DNA of 29,939 nucleotides from positions 1 through 29,939 of the IMG/VR virus record IMGVR_UViG_3300005805_000324; one strand, given 5' to 3'. Under the pieces are notes generated by a model. That model was not told the DNA's origin and made no database searches. It saw only the letters and a program-made list of their open reading frames with translations. This document shows positions 16,231 to 24,800 of the stretch, one piece after another (within the stretch, counting starts at the first letter, position 1; each line of letters starts with the position of its first letter). This DNA comes from a virus. Lineage: Duplodnaviria; Caudoviricetes. Both the position numbers and the translations under genes were made by a program.

Positions 16231-18585
16231 TCACATCTCTTTTTTAACTAATTTGAACTCCTTTACGTAGTTATTTTGGGCATTTTTATGATCGATATAA
16301 CCGATTTCGAAAATCTTACAACACGTATCGATACCCTTCCGAAACCGCTTTAATGAATAATCTTTCTTTTCCAATTCATTGCGGATTAGGTACCCTTTCC
16401 ATTCATCTGTCACCGATTTGTACCCAGTAAAAGGATCATCCATCAGCATGTCCCAATATTCCAGGAATTCATCCCCAAATTGCAGTTTAACCGCCTTGCG
16501 TTTCAATTTTTCGCTGTTGTCAACCTCTTTGATACCGGATTGTAGGTAAATAGACACGCAAAAAAACATCAGATTGTAAAACCGGTTCCATTCATCGGTA
16601 TCCCAATCCTTGAACATGGTTTCCTTGAAATGGTCAAATGGTGTGTATTTGCTACTGAAAAACGGCGCAAATTCAAACACCTTTTGCCGCCGTTTAGCAT
16701 GTTCGGCTGTTGAACTGATGGAATAGTTTGTTGTAAATGCGATTTTGGGTGAATCCTCATATTTCAAAAACAATTCATCTTTGTTTTTCTTTTCAACGGT
16801 CATGCCCTCTGTGATGGTCGGATAGTATTTCTCAAAATCCACGTTGCGCGGGCAATCTTCAATGACCACCAATTTGGTTCCCAAGCCAACGCGCTGGAAT
16901 GCGAATGTTTTGTCCGGCTTGAAATTTTTACCATCGATGCGCACGGTTGGAATCAGGTGACTGATGGCCTGGAAAAACAATCCTTTACCGGTACCGCCTC
17001 CCTTTGCCTCATCGTCCGTTTCCTCGGCCATGATTGGCGCATATGGTCGCGCTGGATCTTTGTAGCCATGTAAAATGTAGCCAATCAATGTCAATGCGTA
17101 TCCGATGCGGGCATCATCATTGTTGCAAATGCATTTCACGAATTGGTAAAACTTGCAAAGTTCCACATCGAATTCCTGATCGATGCTGATGTGGAAATCG
17201 ATGATTTGTGACTGCCAAATGGGTTTATCGATATTATTGTATGGTGTCAGTTGCACATTTTCATCGGTGATGGCCACCACGCCATTGGTAAATGGGAAAA
17301 ACGCGGTTTTTTGTGTGTCATGCAGTATTTCAATGTCGCGGCGTTCTAAAAACTCAAAAAATGACGCGCTGAACAATGAATCGGCGGATTTGTATATCGT
17401 TTCCAACAAATCGCCTTTGAACTCCGCATCCAAATCATCAGTCGTTTCGATGCGTTCTTTAATGAACTTTTTGATGTTTTCGGCGGACACCTCGCGGATG
17501 CGTTTGTTGTCCTCATGGATAATGCGAAAAATATTTGTTTTCACGTCATGGAAATACAGGCCGAACCCGTTGTTAAATAGGTATTTTTCCAATTTGTATT
17601 TGCTGATCACAATGTTGCCGCGTTTACCGATATCCCAAAACCAACCGGCATTGGTTCCGGCGCCTTGTCGGCGCTGTTCACCGTATCCGGAATCCGCCAA
17701 TTGCTTTGTTGCTTTACGGTAGTCGCCATTGCATTCCAGGATGGCATACACGGCAAAGTTGCTATATCCTTTTGGCTGGAATTGTGTGGATGTGCTGAAA
17801 ACGTAGAAAATGCGCTTTTGGATATGATAATTGGCGGATGTCACCGATGTGGTTTGACCAGGGCGGCGGAAATAAATGCGATCGGCGGTTCGGCCAACAA
17901 CGGCCCATCCGTGTTTTTCCAACAATGTGACCACATCGCCGCGCTGGTTGTAATCATCCCACACGGTGACGCCGGTGCCGGAATAGTCGGTTTTGGGTGT
18001 TTGCTGGTATTCATGCACCTGGTTAAATGACCGGCATATCGACAACAATTGGTCGCGTTCATCAATAGTGATGGCGTTAATTTGTTTACCGGATACATTT
18101 ACATATCCATCCGTTGGCGGTGCGACCACATAGCCACCCTCACCCCGCGTTTCGATCAATACAAATTCCTTTGCGTTTGGGTTGCTGAATAGTTCATCAT
18201 CCGTTGCGGGCCGGTTGGCTAACTTTTGGTTGCCCTCGATTACTTCGCACCGGTAGTACATGTGAAACCCGCCTGATTTGGTTTGGATGATTAACAGGCG
18301 GTCGTAAAGATCGCCGCATTCGGTTTTGATCTTGGTTTGTAGTGATTGGAAATCGATGCCGTATTTACAATCCACGTCAATGACCTCAAGGCCACCGGAT
18401 ACCGCGCCGCATATTACGGCGATGCCTTGCACTTTGTGATGTGCAAACAATTGTTGCAGTTGCTGTTCGGTTGGTGCGGTTTGTTGGTATTGTTTCCACG
18501 GAAAAACGGAACGTTTGTTGGCATCAGTCGAAATAATCGAAAGGCCATTTTTCAGGTAGTTTTGTGCTGATGTCAGTAATTGCAT
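16231..18585 (-). CDS. Bifunctional primase-polymerase (Prim-Pol) with C-terminal P-loop helicase-like domain (784 aa)
   Basis: VIDVD, TKSGGFHMYY, ETRGEGGYVVAPPT; GGGTGKG Walker A; VVIED; FTTNY. Confidence 0.9.
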   Translation of the reverse strand: MQLLTSAQNYLKNGLSIISTDANKRSVFPWKQYQQTAPTEQQLQQLFAHHKVQGIAVICGAVSGGLEVIDVDCKYGIDFQSLQTKIKTECGDLYDRLLIIQTKSGGFHMYYRCEVIEGNQKLANRPATDDELFSNPNAKEFVLIETRGEGGYVVAPPTDGYVNVSGKQINAITIDERDQLLSICRSFNQVHEYQQTPKTDYSGTGVTVWDDYNQRGDVVTLLEKHGWAVVGRTADRIYFRRPGQTTSVTSANYHIQKRIFYVFSTSTQFQPKGYSNFAVYAILECNGDYRKATKQLADSGYGEQRRQGAGTNAGWFWDIGKRGNIVISKYKLEKYLFNNGFGLYFHDVKTNIFRIIHEDNKRIREVSAENIKKFIKERIETTDDLDAEFKGDLLETIYKSADSLFSASFFEFLERRDIEILHDTQKTAFFPFTNGVVAITDENVQLTPYNNIDKPIWQSQIIDFHISIDQEFDVELCKFYQFVKCICNNDDARIGYALTLIGYILHGYKDPARPYAPIMAEETDDEAKGGGTGKGLFFQAISHLIPTVRIDGKNFKPDKTFAFQRVGLGTKLVVIEDCPRNVDFEKYYPTITEGMTVEKKNKDELFLKYEDSPKIAFTTNYSISSTAEHAKRRQKVFEFAPFFSSKYTPFDHFKETMFKDWDTDEWNRFYNLMFFCVSIYLQSGIKEVDNSEKLKRKAVKLQFGDEFLEYWDMLMDDPFTGYKSVTDEWKGYLIRNELEKKDYSLKRFRKGIDTCCKIFEIGYIDHKNAQNNYVKEFKLVKKEM

Positions 18586-18835
18586 GTGTTAGTTGGTTTA
18601 GGTTTGATATAACAAAACAATGGAAATTCATATCGGATAGTTGATGTAACCGATATTTTTGGAGGTCCGAAAGTACGCCATTTGGCCGTTTTACTTCAAT
18701 GAACATGGTAATGCCGTTTTTCAGGCATAAAAGGTCAGGAATGCCGTTTTTTGTAGTTTGTATTAGTTTGATAACGTACCACCCCTGAGTTTCGAGATAG
18801 GCGACAACATCCCTTTGTATGGTTTTTTCATACAT
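18524..18835 (-). CDS. VRR-NUC domain nuclease
   Basis: EKTIQ, GIPDL, FIEVKRP.G.LS.LQ motifs. Confidence 0.92.
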   Translation of the reverse strand: MYEKTIQRDVVAYLETQGWYVIKLIQTTKNGIPDLLCLKNGITMFIEVKRPNGVLSDLQKYRLHQLSDMNFHCFVISNLNQLTHAITDISTKLPEKWPFDYFD

Positions 18836-18860
18836 GGCAATTTTGTTTTATGGTTTGCGT

Positions 18861-19076
18861 TTATTGGTTCAGTTGCTTATTTTCCGGTATGAATCCGGTG
18901 CCGTTGCCGCCTACCTTGTTCAAAAAATCAACCTCGACCTTTGCCGAATTGATAATGGTTTGCGCTACATCGGAAACGGCTTTTGCCCGGTCAATGTCCA
19001 TTGGGTTTGTTTCATCCAGCAATGATTCAATTGTTGCAAACAGGTGATTGCGTAGATCATCGATTTTGTTTCGCAT
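18861..19076 (-). CDS. Conserved small phage protein usually paired with HNH genes (71 aa)
   Basis: DLRNHLF..IE.L...IDRAKAV..VA..IINSAKVEVDF pattern recalled from other phages. Confidence 0.8.
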   Translation of the reverse strand: MRNKIDDLRNHLFATIESLLDETNPMDIDRAKAVSDVAQTIINSAKVEVDFLNKVGGNGTGFIPENKQLNQ

Positions 19077-19668
19077 TTATATGGGTTTTTAGTTTACTAT
19101 TTTGCCGTATCGCATTGATCAATTCCTGTGGAAACCGGTTGATGTTATTGCGATGCATGTTTTCGCCTTTTGTGATCAATTGCAGGTTTTCAATCTTCAC
19201 GTTCATTTTGTCGCCATCAATGAATGTTACAATGCAACCGTGTGGTATGGCGCCGTGTATTGATTCCCACAAATAACGGTGTTTCAATTGGAATCCTTTG
19301 TTTGGCACCTTTATTTCTACGTAACCATCATTGGAAACGCGTTCCGAAAAATCGGGCCGGATGTTGTGTGGTACGTGTCCTTTGTCGAAAAACTTTAGTT
19401 TGGCTTTTGTTTCGGCCGGCATTTTTTTGCCTTTGTTGAATGGTGTGTGTCCAGGTGTGAACCGTGTGTGCGCCCCTAATTTAAGATTTTTAATGGTGCG
19501 TTTGTTAATCTTTGCCATGTATTCCGGTGATTTGCGGATGTTGCGTGATGATACAATTTTGTAAACGGTCACGGCTGGCATGTTAAACATGCGGCAAATT
19601 TCCTTTGTTTCCGTTGTTGGATACAATTGGCAAAGTTTGTCAATGGTTGATTGGCTGTACTTTCTCAT
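19057..19668 (-). CDS. HNH endonuclease (HNH_3-like) with N-terminal HTH-like region (~203 aa)
   Basis: RFTPGHTPFNKG, KHRYLWE..HG.IP, FIDGDKMN...ENL; likely start MRKYS overlapping the helicase end. Confidence 0.88.
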   Translation of the reverse strand: MRKYSQSTIDKLCQLYPTTETKEICRMFNMPAVTVYKIVSSRNIRKSPEYMAKINKRTIKNLKLGAHTRFTPGHTPFNKGKKMPAETKAKLKFFDKGHVPHNIRPDFSERVSNDGYVEIKVPNKGFQLKHRYLWESIHGAIPHGCIVTFIDGDKMNVKIENLQLITKGENMHRNNINRFPQELINAIRQNSKLKTHINAKQNR

Positions 19669-20896
19669 CTTTACGAAAATATGACAATGTATAATCTTTT
19701 TTGTCTGATACGGCTTTGTAAATGCGCGGCTCGATGCCTTTGTCGGCGAATATCCAATGGACAATGATTTCCTTTGTGCGGTCTTTTGACTGCATCCGCG
19801 CCCTGGCTTGCCAATATGATACGGCGCTGAAATCGATGTTGTACATGACCAAATCATCAGCGGCGGATAGGTTGATGCCCTCGCGGCCTGATTGTATTTG
19901 TGAGAAAAACCACATATCCGGATTGGCGGCAAATAGTTCCGGTGAATCGGTCACCTGTATGCCGGCGGCTTTCAATTCCTGTGCGATCAAATCCCGTTCC
20001 GCTTTGAACTTGTAAAAAATGGCGGTTTTGCCTGTGAACCGATGGATGATATATTTCATTTTAGACCGGTCAAAAATCAGCGGTTCGCCCTGTTCACGGA
20101 TCACGGTGCCGGAATATAGTTGATGTAATTTATTCATCAATTTTACTTCCGTGTCGGCCTCGACAAACCCGCCGGTGCGAAATGCGATGATGCGATCGCG
20201 GCGAATGCGTTTGGCCATTTCATGTGTCATTGGATCCATCGCAACGGTGTGTATTTGTTCCTGGACATATTGTTCAAATCCGGCCTGTTCCTGTGTGTAG
20301 GATATGAACAGGTGCGCCGTTTCGTTGTCAATTTTTGATTTGTCGGCGGTTGAATAGTCGTTGATTTCGCGGTTGTATAGGTACTTTTTTTTGACGTCAA
20401 CGTATTCCTTCGCCCAAATATAAAATGTTTTGTGTGTAAACGGCGTAAAGGTAGAAACCCACAATTGATGAAATAGTTGGCTGTATGATTCCGGTGTCGG
20501 TGTACCGGATAGGTAAATGATTGGCAAATTGTAGCACAATTCCTTCAAATCCTTTGTCCTGTTTGCCGGTGTAGGGTATTGGCCTAAGCAATGCGCTTCA
20601 TCCAGGATTACCAAATCAAAGGTGACGTTAATTGGCAGTTTGTGCAATGATTCATAGTTCACGCAATACATTGTGAATGCGTTTTGATAATTGGCCATGT
20701 AATCCGATTCAATGGATCCGATGGCCTTTTTTTTAGTCGCAAACAGCACGCATTTGGCACCGTATGTTTTTGCGGCCTCCATTGCTGTGATTGTTTTGCC
20801 GGTCCGTACTTGCATGGATAGGTACGCAATGCCGTATTTGTATAATTTGGCGGCGGTTTCAATGGCAATGTCGGTTTGGTATTGGCGTAGGTTCAT
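19640..20896 (-). CDS. Superfamily 2 (DEAH) helicase
   Basis: LRQYQ, RTGKT, ILDEAH, LSGTP, GREGINL, QARAR. Confidence 0.93.
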   Translation of the reverse strand: MNLRQYQTDIAIETAAKLYKYGIAYLSMQVRTGKTITAMEAAKTYGAKCVLFATKKKAIGSIESDYMANYQNAFTMYCVNYESLHKLPINVTFDLVILDEAHCLGQYPTPANRTKDLKELCYNLPIIYLSGTPTPESYSQLFHQLWVSTFTPFTHKTFYIWAKEYVDVKKKYLYNREINDYSTADKSKIDNETAHLFISYTQEQAGFEQYVQEQIHTVAMDPMTHEMAKRIRRDRIIAFRTGGFVEADTEVKLMNKLHQLYSGTVIREQGEPLIFDRSKMKYIIHRFTGKTAIFYKFKAERDLIAQELKAAGIQVTDSPELFAANPDMWFFSQIQSGREGINLSAADDLVMYNIDFSAVSYWQARARMQSKDRTKEIIVHWIFADKGIEPRIYKAVSDKKDYTLSYFRKDEKVQPINH

Positions 20897-20912
20897 GTTT
20901 AGTGTTTAGTTG

Positions 20913-21065
20913 TTAGTCAAAAATCAAAATGCATACAAGCCATAATGATAAAAAAACTAAAATTGTAAAAAATACAGCACTCATAAAATCAGGATAAATA
21001 CAACATAAAATTGTTGTGATAATGGACAGTATTAATAATAATGGGAATAATAATATTGGTTTCAT
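20913..21065 (-). CDS. Small two-TM membrane protein (50 aa)
   Basis: ATGA-coupled start MKPILL; almost entirely hydrophobic. Confidence 0.6.
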   Translation of the reverse strand: MKPILLFPLLLILSIITTILCCIYPDFMSAVFFTILVFLSLWLVCILIFD

Positions 21066-21337
21066 TGTTTCGGTTTTGTGATGAACGTAACGCCCGGCGT
21101 GAGTAATGCCAGTAAAATGAATGTTTTGCGGTCGCGTTCCGCCCACTCGCCCGGATAGTGTTGCCAATATAAAAATGCGAATATTGCCCATAATATCAGC
21201 AATGATGCCAATGTGTTGAAAATCATGCGTTTCATGTTGAATGGTGTTAATAAGTTGACCAGCATGGCAAAAAATGCGGATAGGTATGCCAATGTGCCGG
21301 CTGTAATTAGTATGAAATTGATAATTGTATTAGTCAT
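21062..21337 (-). CDS. Small three-TM membrane protein (91 aa)
   Basis: Start MTNTIINF 1 nt after the upstream stop; three hydrophobic segments. Confidence 0.65.
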   Translation of the reverse strand: MTNTIINFILITAGTLAYLSAFFAMLVNLLTPFNMKRMIFNTLASLLILWAIFAFLYWQHYPGEWAERDRKTFILLALLTPGVTFITKPKQ

Positions 21338-21338
21338 A

Positions 21339-21611
21339 TTAATATGAATATTTTTTTTGGTCGCGCAATGCCGTGTACATATCCCTGTACACCATAAAAT
21401 ACGCGCAGTCATTTATTGCGGAATAATCGGTGTAAAATTGGCCAATAACGCCGATGCAGTTTGAAATGCAATGTTTTGTGCCGATTTTGATGGAATAGGC
21501 GCCGGATCCGATCATGTAATCATCCATGATATTGATGGCCTCCATTGTTGTCAACACATACAAATATTCGTATTGCTCGGTGATATCATCCCAAATTGCC
21601 AACGCTTTCAT
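21339..21611 (-). CDS. Hypothetical protein (90 aa)
   Basis: Start MKALAIW with A-rich leader AAACAAATACAC. Confidence 0.65.
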   Translation of the reverse strand: MKALAIWDDITEQYEYLYVLTTMEAINIMDDYMIGSGAYSIKIGTKHCISNCIGVIGQFYTDYSAINDCAYFMVYRDMYTALRDQKKYSY

Positions 21612-21626
21612 GTGTATTTGTTTTAT

Positions 21627-21651
21627 AAAATAGGGCCGCCGAAACGGCCCC
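21627..21651 (-). terminator. Stem-loop/terminator after the SSB-like gene
   Basis: GGGCCG-TTTCGG-CGGCCC then TATTTT. Confidence 0.6.
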
Positions 21652-21661
21652 ATTTGGGTGA

Positions 21662-22207
21662 TTAAAATGGCATCACAGGGTTCAGGTGGTTTTTCGCCTG
21701 GATTTCAAGGAATTCCATCATTTTGGTATCATCCCATGTTTCAACGCCTTTTACTTTCAGTTTTTCCATTGGCGGCAATCCATTCGGGTTGTCCTTTGTG
21801 AACGCCCATTTGATGGGTTGCCCGTTTTGCCGCATAAATATCGAAACGCGTTTTTTTTCGCCCTCGACTTTCATGGATGGTTCGATTTCAACCGGCTGTG
21901 ACAGGTCAACATTGGGAAATGCTTTTAGGAATGTGCTGGCATACCCTGATGAATAGTTGAATTGCAGATTGGCAATTTGTTCGCCATCATCAATCACAAC
22001 AACCCACCGTTTGCCGTATTCGCCATCATTGACAAACACATCGGTGATTTTACCGGTCCATCCTTTGTAGAATTCTTCATGTACCAATTTACCCGCCTTG
22101 GTTACACGTTGTTTGGATGTCGGTGTTGCCTCCAAAAATTGGCGACAGATTTTCCCTTCGGCAATTGATAGGTAAATTTTGGCCGAATTGCTTTGTATAG
22201 CGCCCAT
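21662..22207 (-). CDS. Putative single-stranded DNA-binding/annealing protein (181 aa)
   Basis: Follows the exonuclease; beta-rich with GEYGK; C-terminal PF as in SSB tails; likely start MGAIQ. Confidence 0.55.
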   Translation of the reverse strand: MGAIQSNSAKIYLSIAEGKICRQFLEATPTSKQRVTKAGKLVHEEFYKGWTGKITDVFVNDGEYGKRWVVVIDDGEQIANLQFNYSSGYASTFLKAFPNVDLSQPVEIEPSMKVEGEKKRVSIFMRQNGQPIKWAFTKDNPNGLPPMEKLKVKGVETWDDTKMMEFLEIQAKNHLNPVMPF

Positions 22208-22236
22208 AATAAAAAATGGCAGTACCATGCCAGGGT

Positions 22237-22989
22237 TTAGCGTTTATGTGTAAGTTTATAAGTAGTTTGTTTCGGTTGCATGGCCACGTTTTGCGCGGTC
22301 CACAATTTATGTGTGGCCTCGAATAGTTCCCAATCTTTTGCCTCGGACCGGCTTTTGCCATGTACTTGCATTTGCCACCCATGCCCTTGTATGTCGCCGG
22401 CTTTGCCATTGGTCCGCGTTTTGGCGTTCAGCCACAAAATGGCACATTCATCAATTACGTGTTTGCCGTATGCGGCATTGATTAGCCGCTTGTATGCCAT
22501 CAGTTGCAACCAATACGAATCATAGATAGCATTTGATGTTTTGATGTCGATTAAGTATGTTTTGCCATCGATTTTGATCACGCGGTCAATGGTGCCGGCA
22601 AAACCTAATTCCGGGTTCACAAAGTTTGTTTCTGACAATACAACCTCCGGTTGGAACCGCTGTGAAAACTCGACATATCTTTCAAACATGGCCCATTCCG
22701 ACATTTTGAACTCGATGTGTCCATAATCATCCAGCAATGACACTTCTTCGCCGTTGTCGTACCGTTCGGTCAATGTATGAACAATGGATCCGCGGCGGCC
22801 GGCTTCATCGCGTATGGTGTCGGATTCTTCGCCTACCTCTTTAAGCCACTTAAAATATCCGTAATCCTTTGGGAACGCCTGTAAAATGGTTGTCACGGAT
22901 GGTATAAATTCCCCGGATTCGGTTTGATAAAACCGGTTGTCCAGGAATGTGATTTGTTTACCTTGTAGATTTAGAATGTAATTTTGCAT
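22237..22989 (-). CDS. PD-(D/E)xK exonuclease (Cas4/RecB-like recombination nuclease)
   Basis: PSVTTIL, RGSIVH, FAGTID, LIDIKTS, LQLMAY. Confidence 0.9.
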   Translation of the reverse strand: MQNYILNLQGKQITFLDNRFYQTESGEFIPSVTTILQAFPKDYGYFKWLKEVGEESDTIRDEAGRRGSIVHTLTERYDNGEEVSLLDDYGHIEFKMSEWAMFERYVEFSQRFQPEVVLSETNFVNPELGFAGTIDRVIKIDGKTYLIDIKTSNAIYDSYWLQLMAYKRLINAAYGKHVIDECAILWLNAKTRTNGKAGDIQGHGWQMQVHGKSRSEAKDWELFEATHKLWTAQNVAMQPKQTTYKLTHKR

Positions 22990-23107
22990 AAAAGTTGCGT
23001 TTAATTTTGATGGTTTTTTTGTTTTTCAGTTCACTTTTGATGATGTTGCCGTAAAATTTGTAGATGGCAAAAATGATGATGGTTTGAACAATGATAAATG
23101 GGATCAT
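22958..23107 (-). CDS. Small membrane-anchored basic protein (49 aa; not in ORF track)
   Basis: ATGA-coupled ORF MIPFIIVQTIIIFAIYKFYGNIIKSELKNKKTIKIKRNFYAKLHSKSTR. Confidence 0.55.
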   Translation of the reverse strand: MIPFIIVQTIIIFAIYKFYGNIIKSELKNKKTIKIKRNFYAKLHSKSTR

Positions 23108-23364
23108 AATGGTGTTTTAATGTATTCTAAAATGTCGGCGGACACCTGGCCAAAATAGCGGTTTTTGAAATATAGTGTTTTTGATTTCGATTCCGCATCG
23201 GTCAGTTTGCCGGCCTTTTTTAGGAATTGCATGAAATCGGACTGATCAAATATGATGCAATCATGTGTATCATCGATGCAGTATTCAACAATCATGCGGT
23301 CGCGTGGTCGCTGGTAGGCAATGATTGTGATGTCTTTTCCTGATAGTTTTTGATTATGTACCAT
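23104..23364 (-). CDS. Hypothetical protein (86 aa)
   Basis: ORF in the tightly packed early operon. Confidence 0.6.
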   Translation of the reverse strand: MVHNQKLSGKDITIIAYQRPRDRMIVEYCIDDTHDCIIFDQSDFMQFLKKAGKLTDAESKSKTLYFKNRYFGQVSADILEYIKTPL

Positions 23365-23492
23365 TGCAAATCGGATTTTAGTTTTTCCATGCCACCCAAT
23401 TCGGTGACATATTTTTCCTTAACGTAAATTGATATTTGTGTTTTCCGTTCCTTCGGTTGCATTGGCTTGCGCCCCAATTTGCTCGATGTCAT
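23292..23492 (-). CDS. Small putative DNA-binding protein (ribbon-helix-helix-like, 66 aa)
   Basis: GRKP...KERKTQISIYV alternating beta-ribbon pattern followed by helices. Confidence 0.5.
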   Translation of the reverse strand: MTSSKLGRKPMQPKERKTQISIYVKEKYVTELGGMEKLKSDLQWYIIKNYQEKTSQSLPTSDHATA

Positions 23493-23775
23493 GTTTTATT
23501 TTATTTAGTGATTCAAAAAATGTGTCCGGTTCGATTTTTTCCAACAATTGCATTTCGGATGCATCAAATGGATGGTACAAATTTTCGCTGTTTTCGAAAT
23601 CCTCCCAATGATAAAAATTAATGCACCTGAAATGACCTTCAATGATGCGGACAATCCGATCATCAAATAACCCCCATTTTTCCGATGAATATTTGCCCTT
23701 GCAGAAATACGGCAATTGGAATTCGTAGTTTACAGGGACTTTGCGGTTTTGCAATGTGGTGATTTTTCTTTTCAT
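23419..23775 (-). CDS. Hypothetical protein (118 aa)
   Basis: Strong AACTAAACACAC-ATG leader. Confidence 0.65.
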   Translation of the reverse strand: MKRKITTLQNRKVPVNYEFQLPYFCKGKYSSEKWGLFDDRIVRIIEGHFRCINFYHWEDFENSENLYHPFDASEMQLLEKIEPDTFFESLNKIKHDIEQIGAQANATEGTENTNINLR

Positions 23776-23795
23776 GTGTGTTTAGTTGTGATGGT

Positions 23796-23882
23796 TTATG
23801 ATATGATTGCATTTCCCAAAATACATGCAATCAGGATGGCAATGATGATGATGATGTCGGATGTTGATGTTTTATTTTGCAT
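23796..23882 (-). CDS. 28-aa single-TM peptide (not in ORF track)
   Basis: MQNKTSTSDIIIIIAILIACILGNAIIS; overlaps the upstream stop and fills the gap. Confidence 0.5.
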   Translation of the reverse strand: MQNKTSTSDIIIIIAILIACILGNAIIS

Positions 23883-24078
23883 TTTTGGCGGCATTTATAC
23901 GGTTTACATAATCGCGGATGGTTTCCACGGTTTCGCGCATTTCATCTTTTAATTGCTGGATGCAAACGGCATAACGCTGATCCTGTTCGGGAAAATCGGT
24001 GTTCATGACTGAATCAGCCATGCAACGGCTGATAAATTCTTCGCGGGTTTCGCCCGGTGTTGGTTGTGGGATTGGCAT
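23872..24078 (-). CDS. Conserved small phage protein (68 aa), first early gene
   Basis: MPIPQP..GE.REEFISRCM...FP..DQRYAVC pattern recalled from phage proteins; A-rich leader directly after the promoter. Confidence 0.75.
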   Translation of the reverse strand: MPIPQPTPGETREEFISRCMADSVMNTDFPEQDQRYAVCIQQLKDEMRETVETIRDYVNRINAAKNAK

Positions 24079-24104
24079 AATTGATTGGTTTTTGTTTTGT
24101 TCCA

Positions 24105-24140
24105 CAAATATACATATGTTTTTCATATTTTTTTCATATG
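24105..24140 (-). promoter_or_regulatory. Bacteroidota sigma70-type early promoter with overlapping operator-like repeats
   Basis: Perfect -7 box TATATTTG (24105-24112); CATAT(G) at 24113, 24124 and 24135, an 11-bp period. No clear TTTG -33 box. Confidence 0.75.
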
Positions 24141-24195
24141 CCGAAAGAAATTGAAAAAATCAAATAAAATCGGATATTATTGAATATTTACGAAT

Positions 24196-24223
24196 AAAAA
24201 AGGCCGATGTAGAAACATCAGCC
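24196..24223 (-). terminator. Intrinsic terminator
   Basis: GGCTGATGT-TTCT-ACATCGGCC then TTTTTT. Confidence 0.85.
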
Positions 24224-24246
24224 GGATAATCCTATTAACCTATGTT
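24196..24246 (-). ncRNA. Putative stand-alone ~50-nt small RNA
   Basis: Lies downstream of another terminator; TAATTTTA -7-like box; 5' CATAGGTTAATAGG anti-start sequence; own terminator. Confidence 0.45.
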
Positions 24247-24278
24247 GTAAAATTAAGTAATTACACGTAAAAAAACAT

Positions 24279-24310
24279 AAAAAATGCCCGCATCGGTGTG
24301 ACACGGGCAT
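24279..24310 (-). terminator. Intrinsic terminator after the endolysin
   Basis: ATGCCCG-N13-CGGGCAT then TTTTT. Confidence 0.75.
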
Positions 24311-24341
24311 CATTTACACATGAGAAAAACGCGATGCAATA

Positions 24342-24800
24342 TTAATCAATTTTCGTGAAATACAAATCGGCCTCCGTTTGGCGCCGGCGAATAAGGCCTT
24401 TTAATGGCACCAATTTCGCACCTTGTCGAACATTAATCCATTTCATGAACTCGTTGCGGATGGTCGAATCATTTGGGTTTGCCTTTACTTTTTTCCATAA
24501 TGTTGACCGCATCAGCGCGCCGATGCCTAAATTGTACGCAAAACTGATTAGCGCATCTTGTTGGTTTTGATTTAGTCCGGACACCGGCGGGATGGCCTTT
24601 GTTTTTTGCTCTATTTCCCATGCCAACAATTTTTCCGCCGTTTCAATGGTTATGGTTTCGCCTATTTTGACTTTGCGCCCATCCGGCCACATGATTGAAC
24701 CGTACCCGATGGTTGGCACCTTTGCCGGGCACAAATAGGCATTCAAATACAACCCCTCAAATTTTTTAATCAAATCAATCCCGCGCTTTGATGCTTTCAT
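24342..24800 (-). CDS. Endolysin, GH24 lysozyme
   Basis: FEG...AYLCPAKVPTIGYG (E-x8-C-x5-T), LNQNQQDALISFAYNLG, GLIRRRQTEADL. Confidence 0.96.
   Translation of the reverse strand: MKASKRGIDLIKKFEGLYLNAYLCPAKVPTIGYGSIMWPDGRKVKIGETITIETAEKLLAWEIEQKTKAIPPVSGLNQNQQDALISFAYNLGIGALMRSTLWKKVKANPNDSTIRNEFMKWINVRQGAKLVPLKGLIRRRQTEADLYFTKID

Noticed and set aside
16028-16270. 80-aa plus-strand ORF
   Set aside because: Low-complexity translation (NNNN, IIIKK) of the ori-like repeats.
19669-19932. N-terminal 88 aa of the 291-aa HNH ORF
   Set aside because: Overlaps the helicase in another frame; MRKYS at 19668 is the more plausible start.
22213-22231. Terminator between the exonuclease and SSB-like genes
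   Set aside because: Only a 5-bp stem (TGGCA/TGCCA); too weak to call.
22237-22989. CRISPR-associated Cas4
   Set aside because: Lacks the four-Cys Fe-S pattern and any cas context; it is an ordinary phage PD-(D/E)xK exonuclease.
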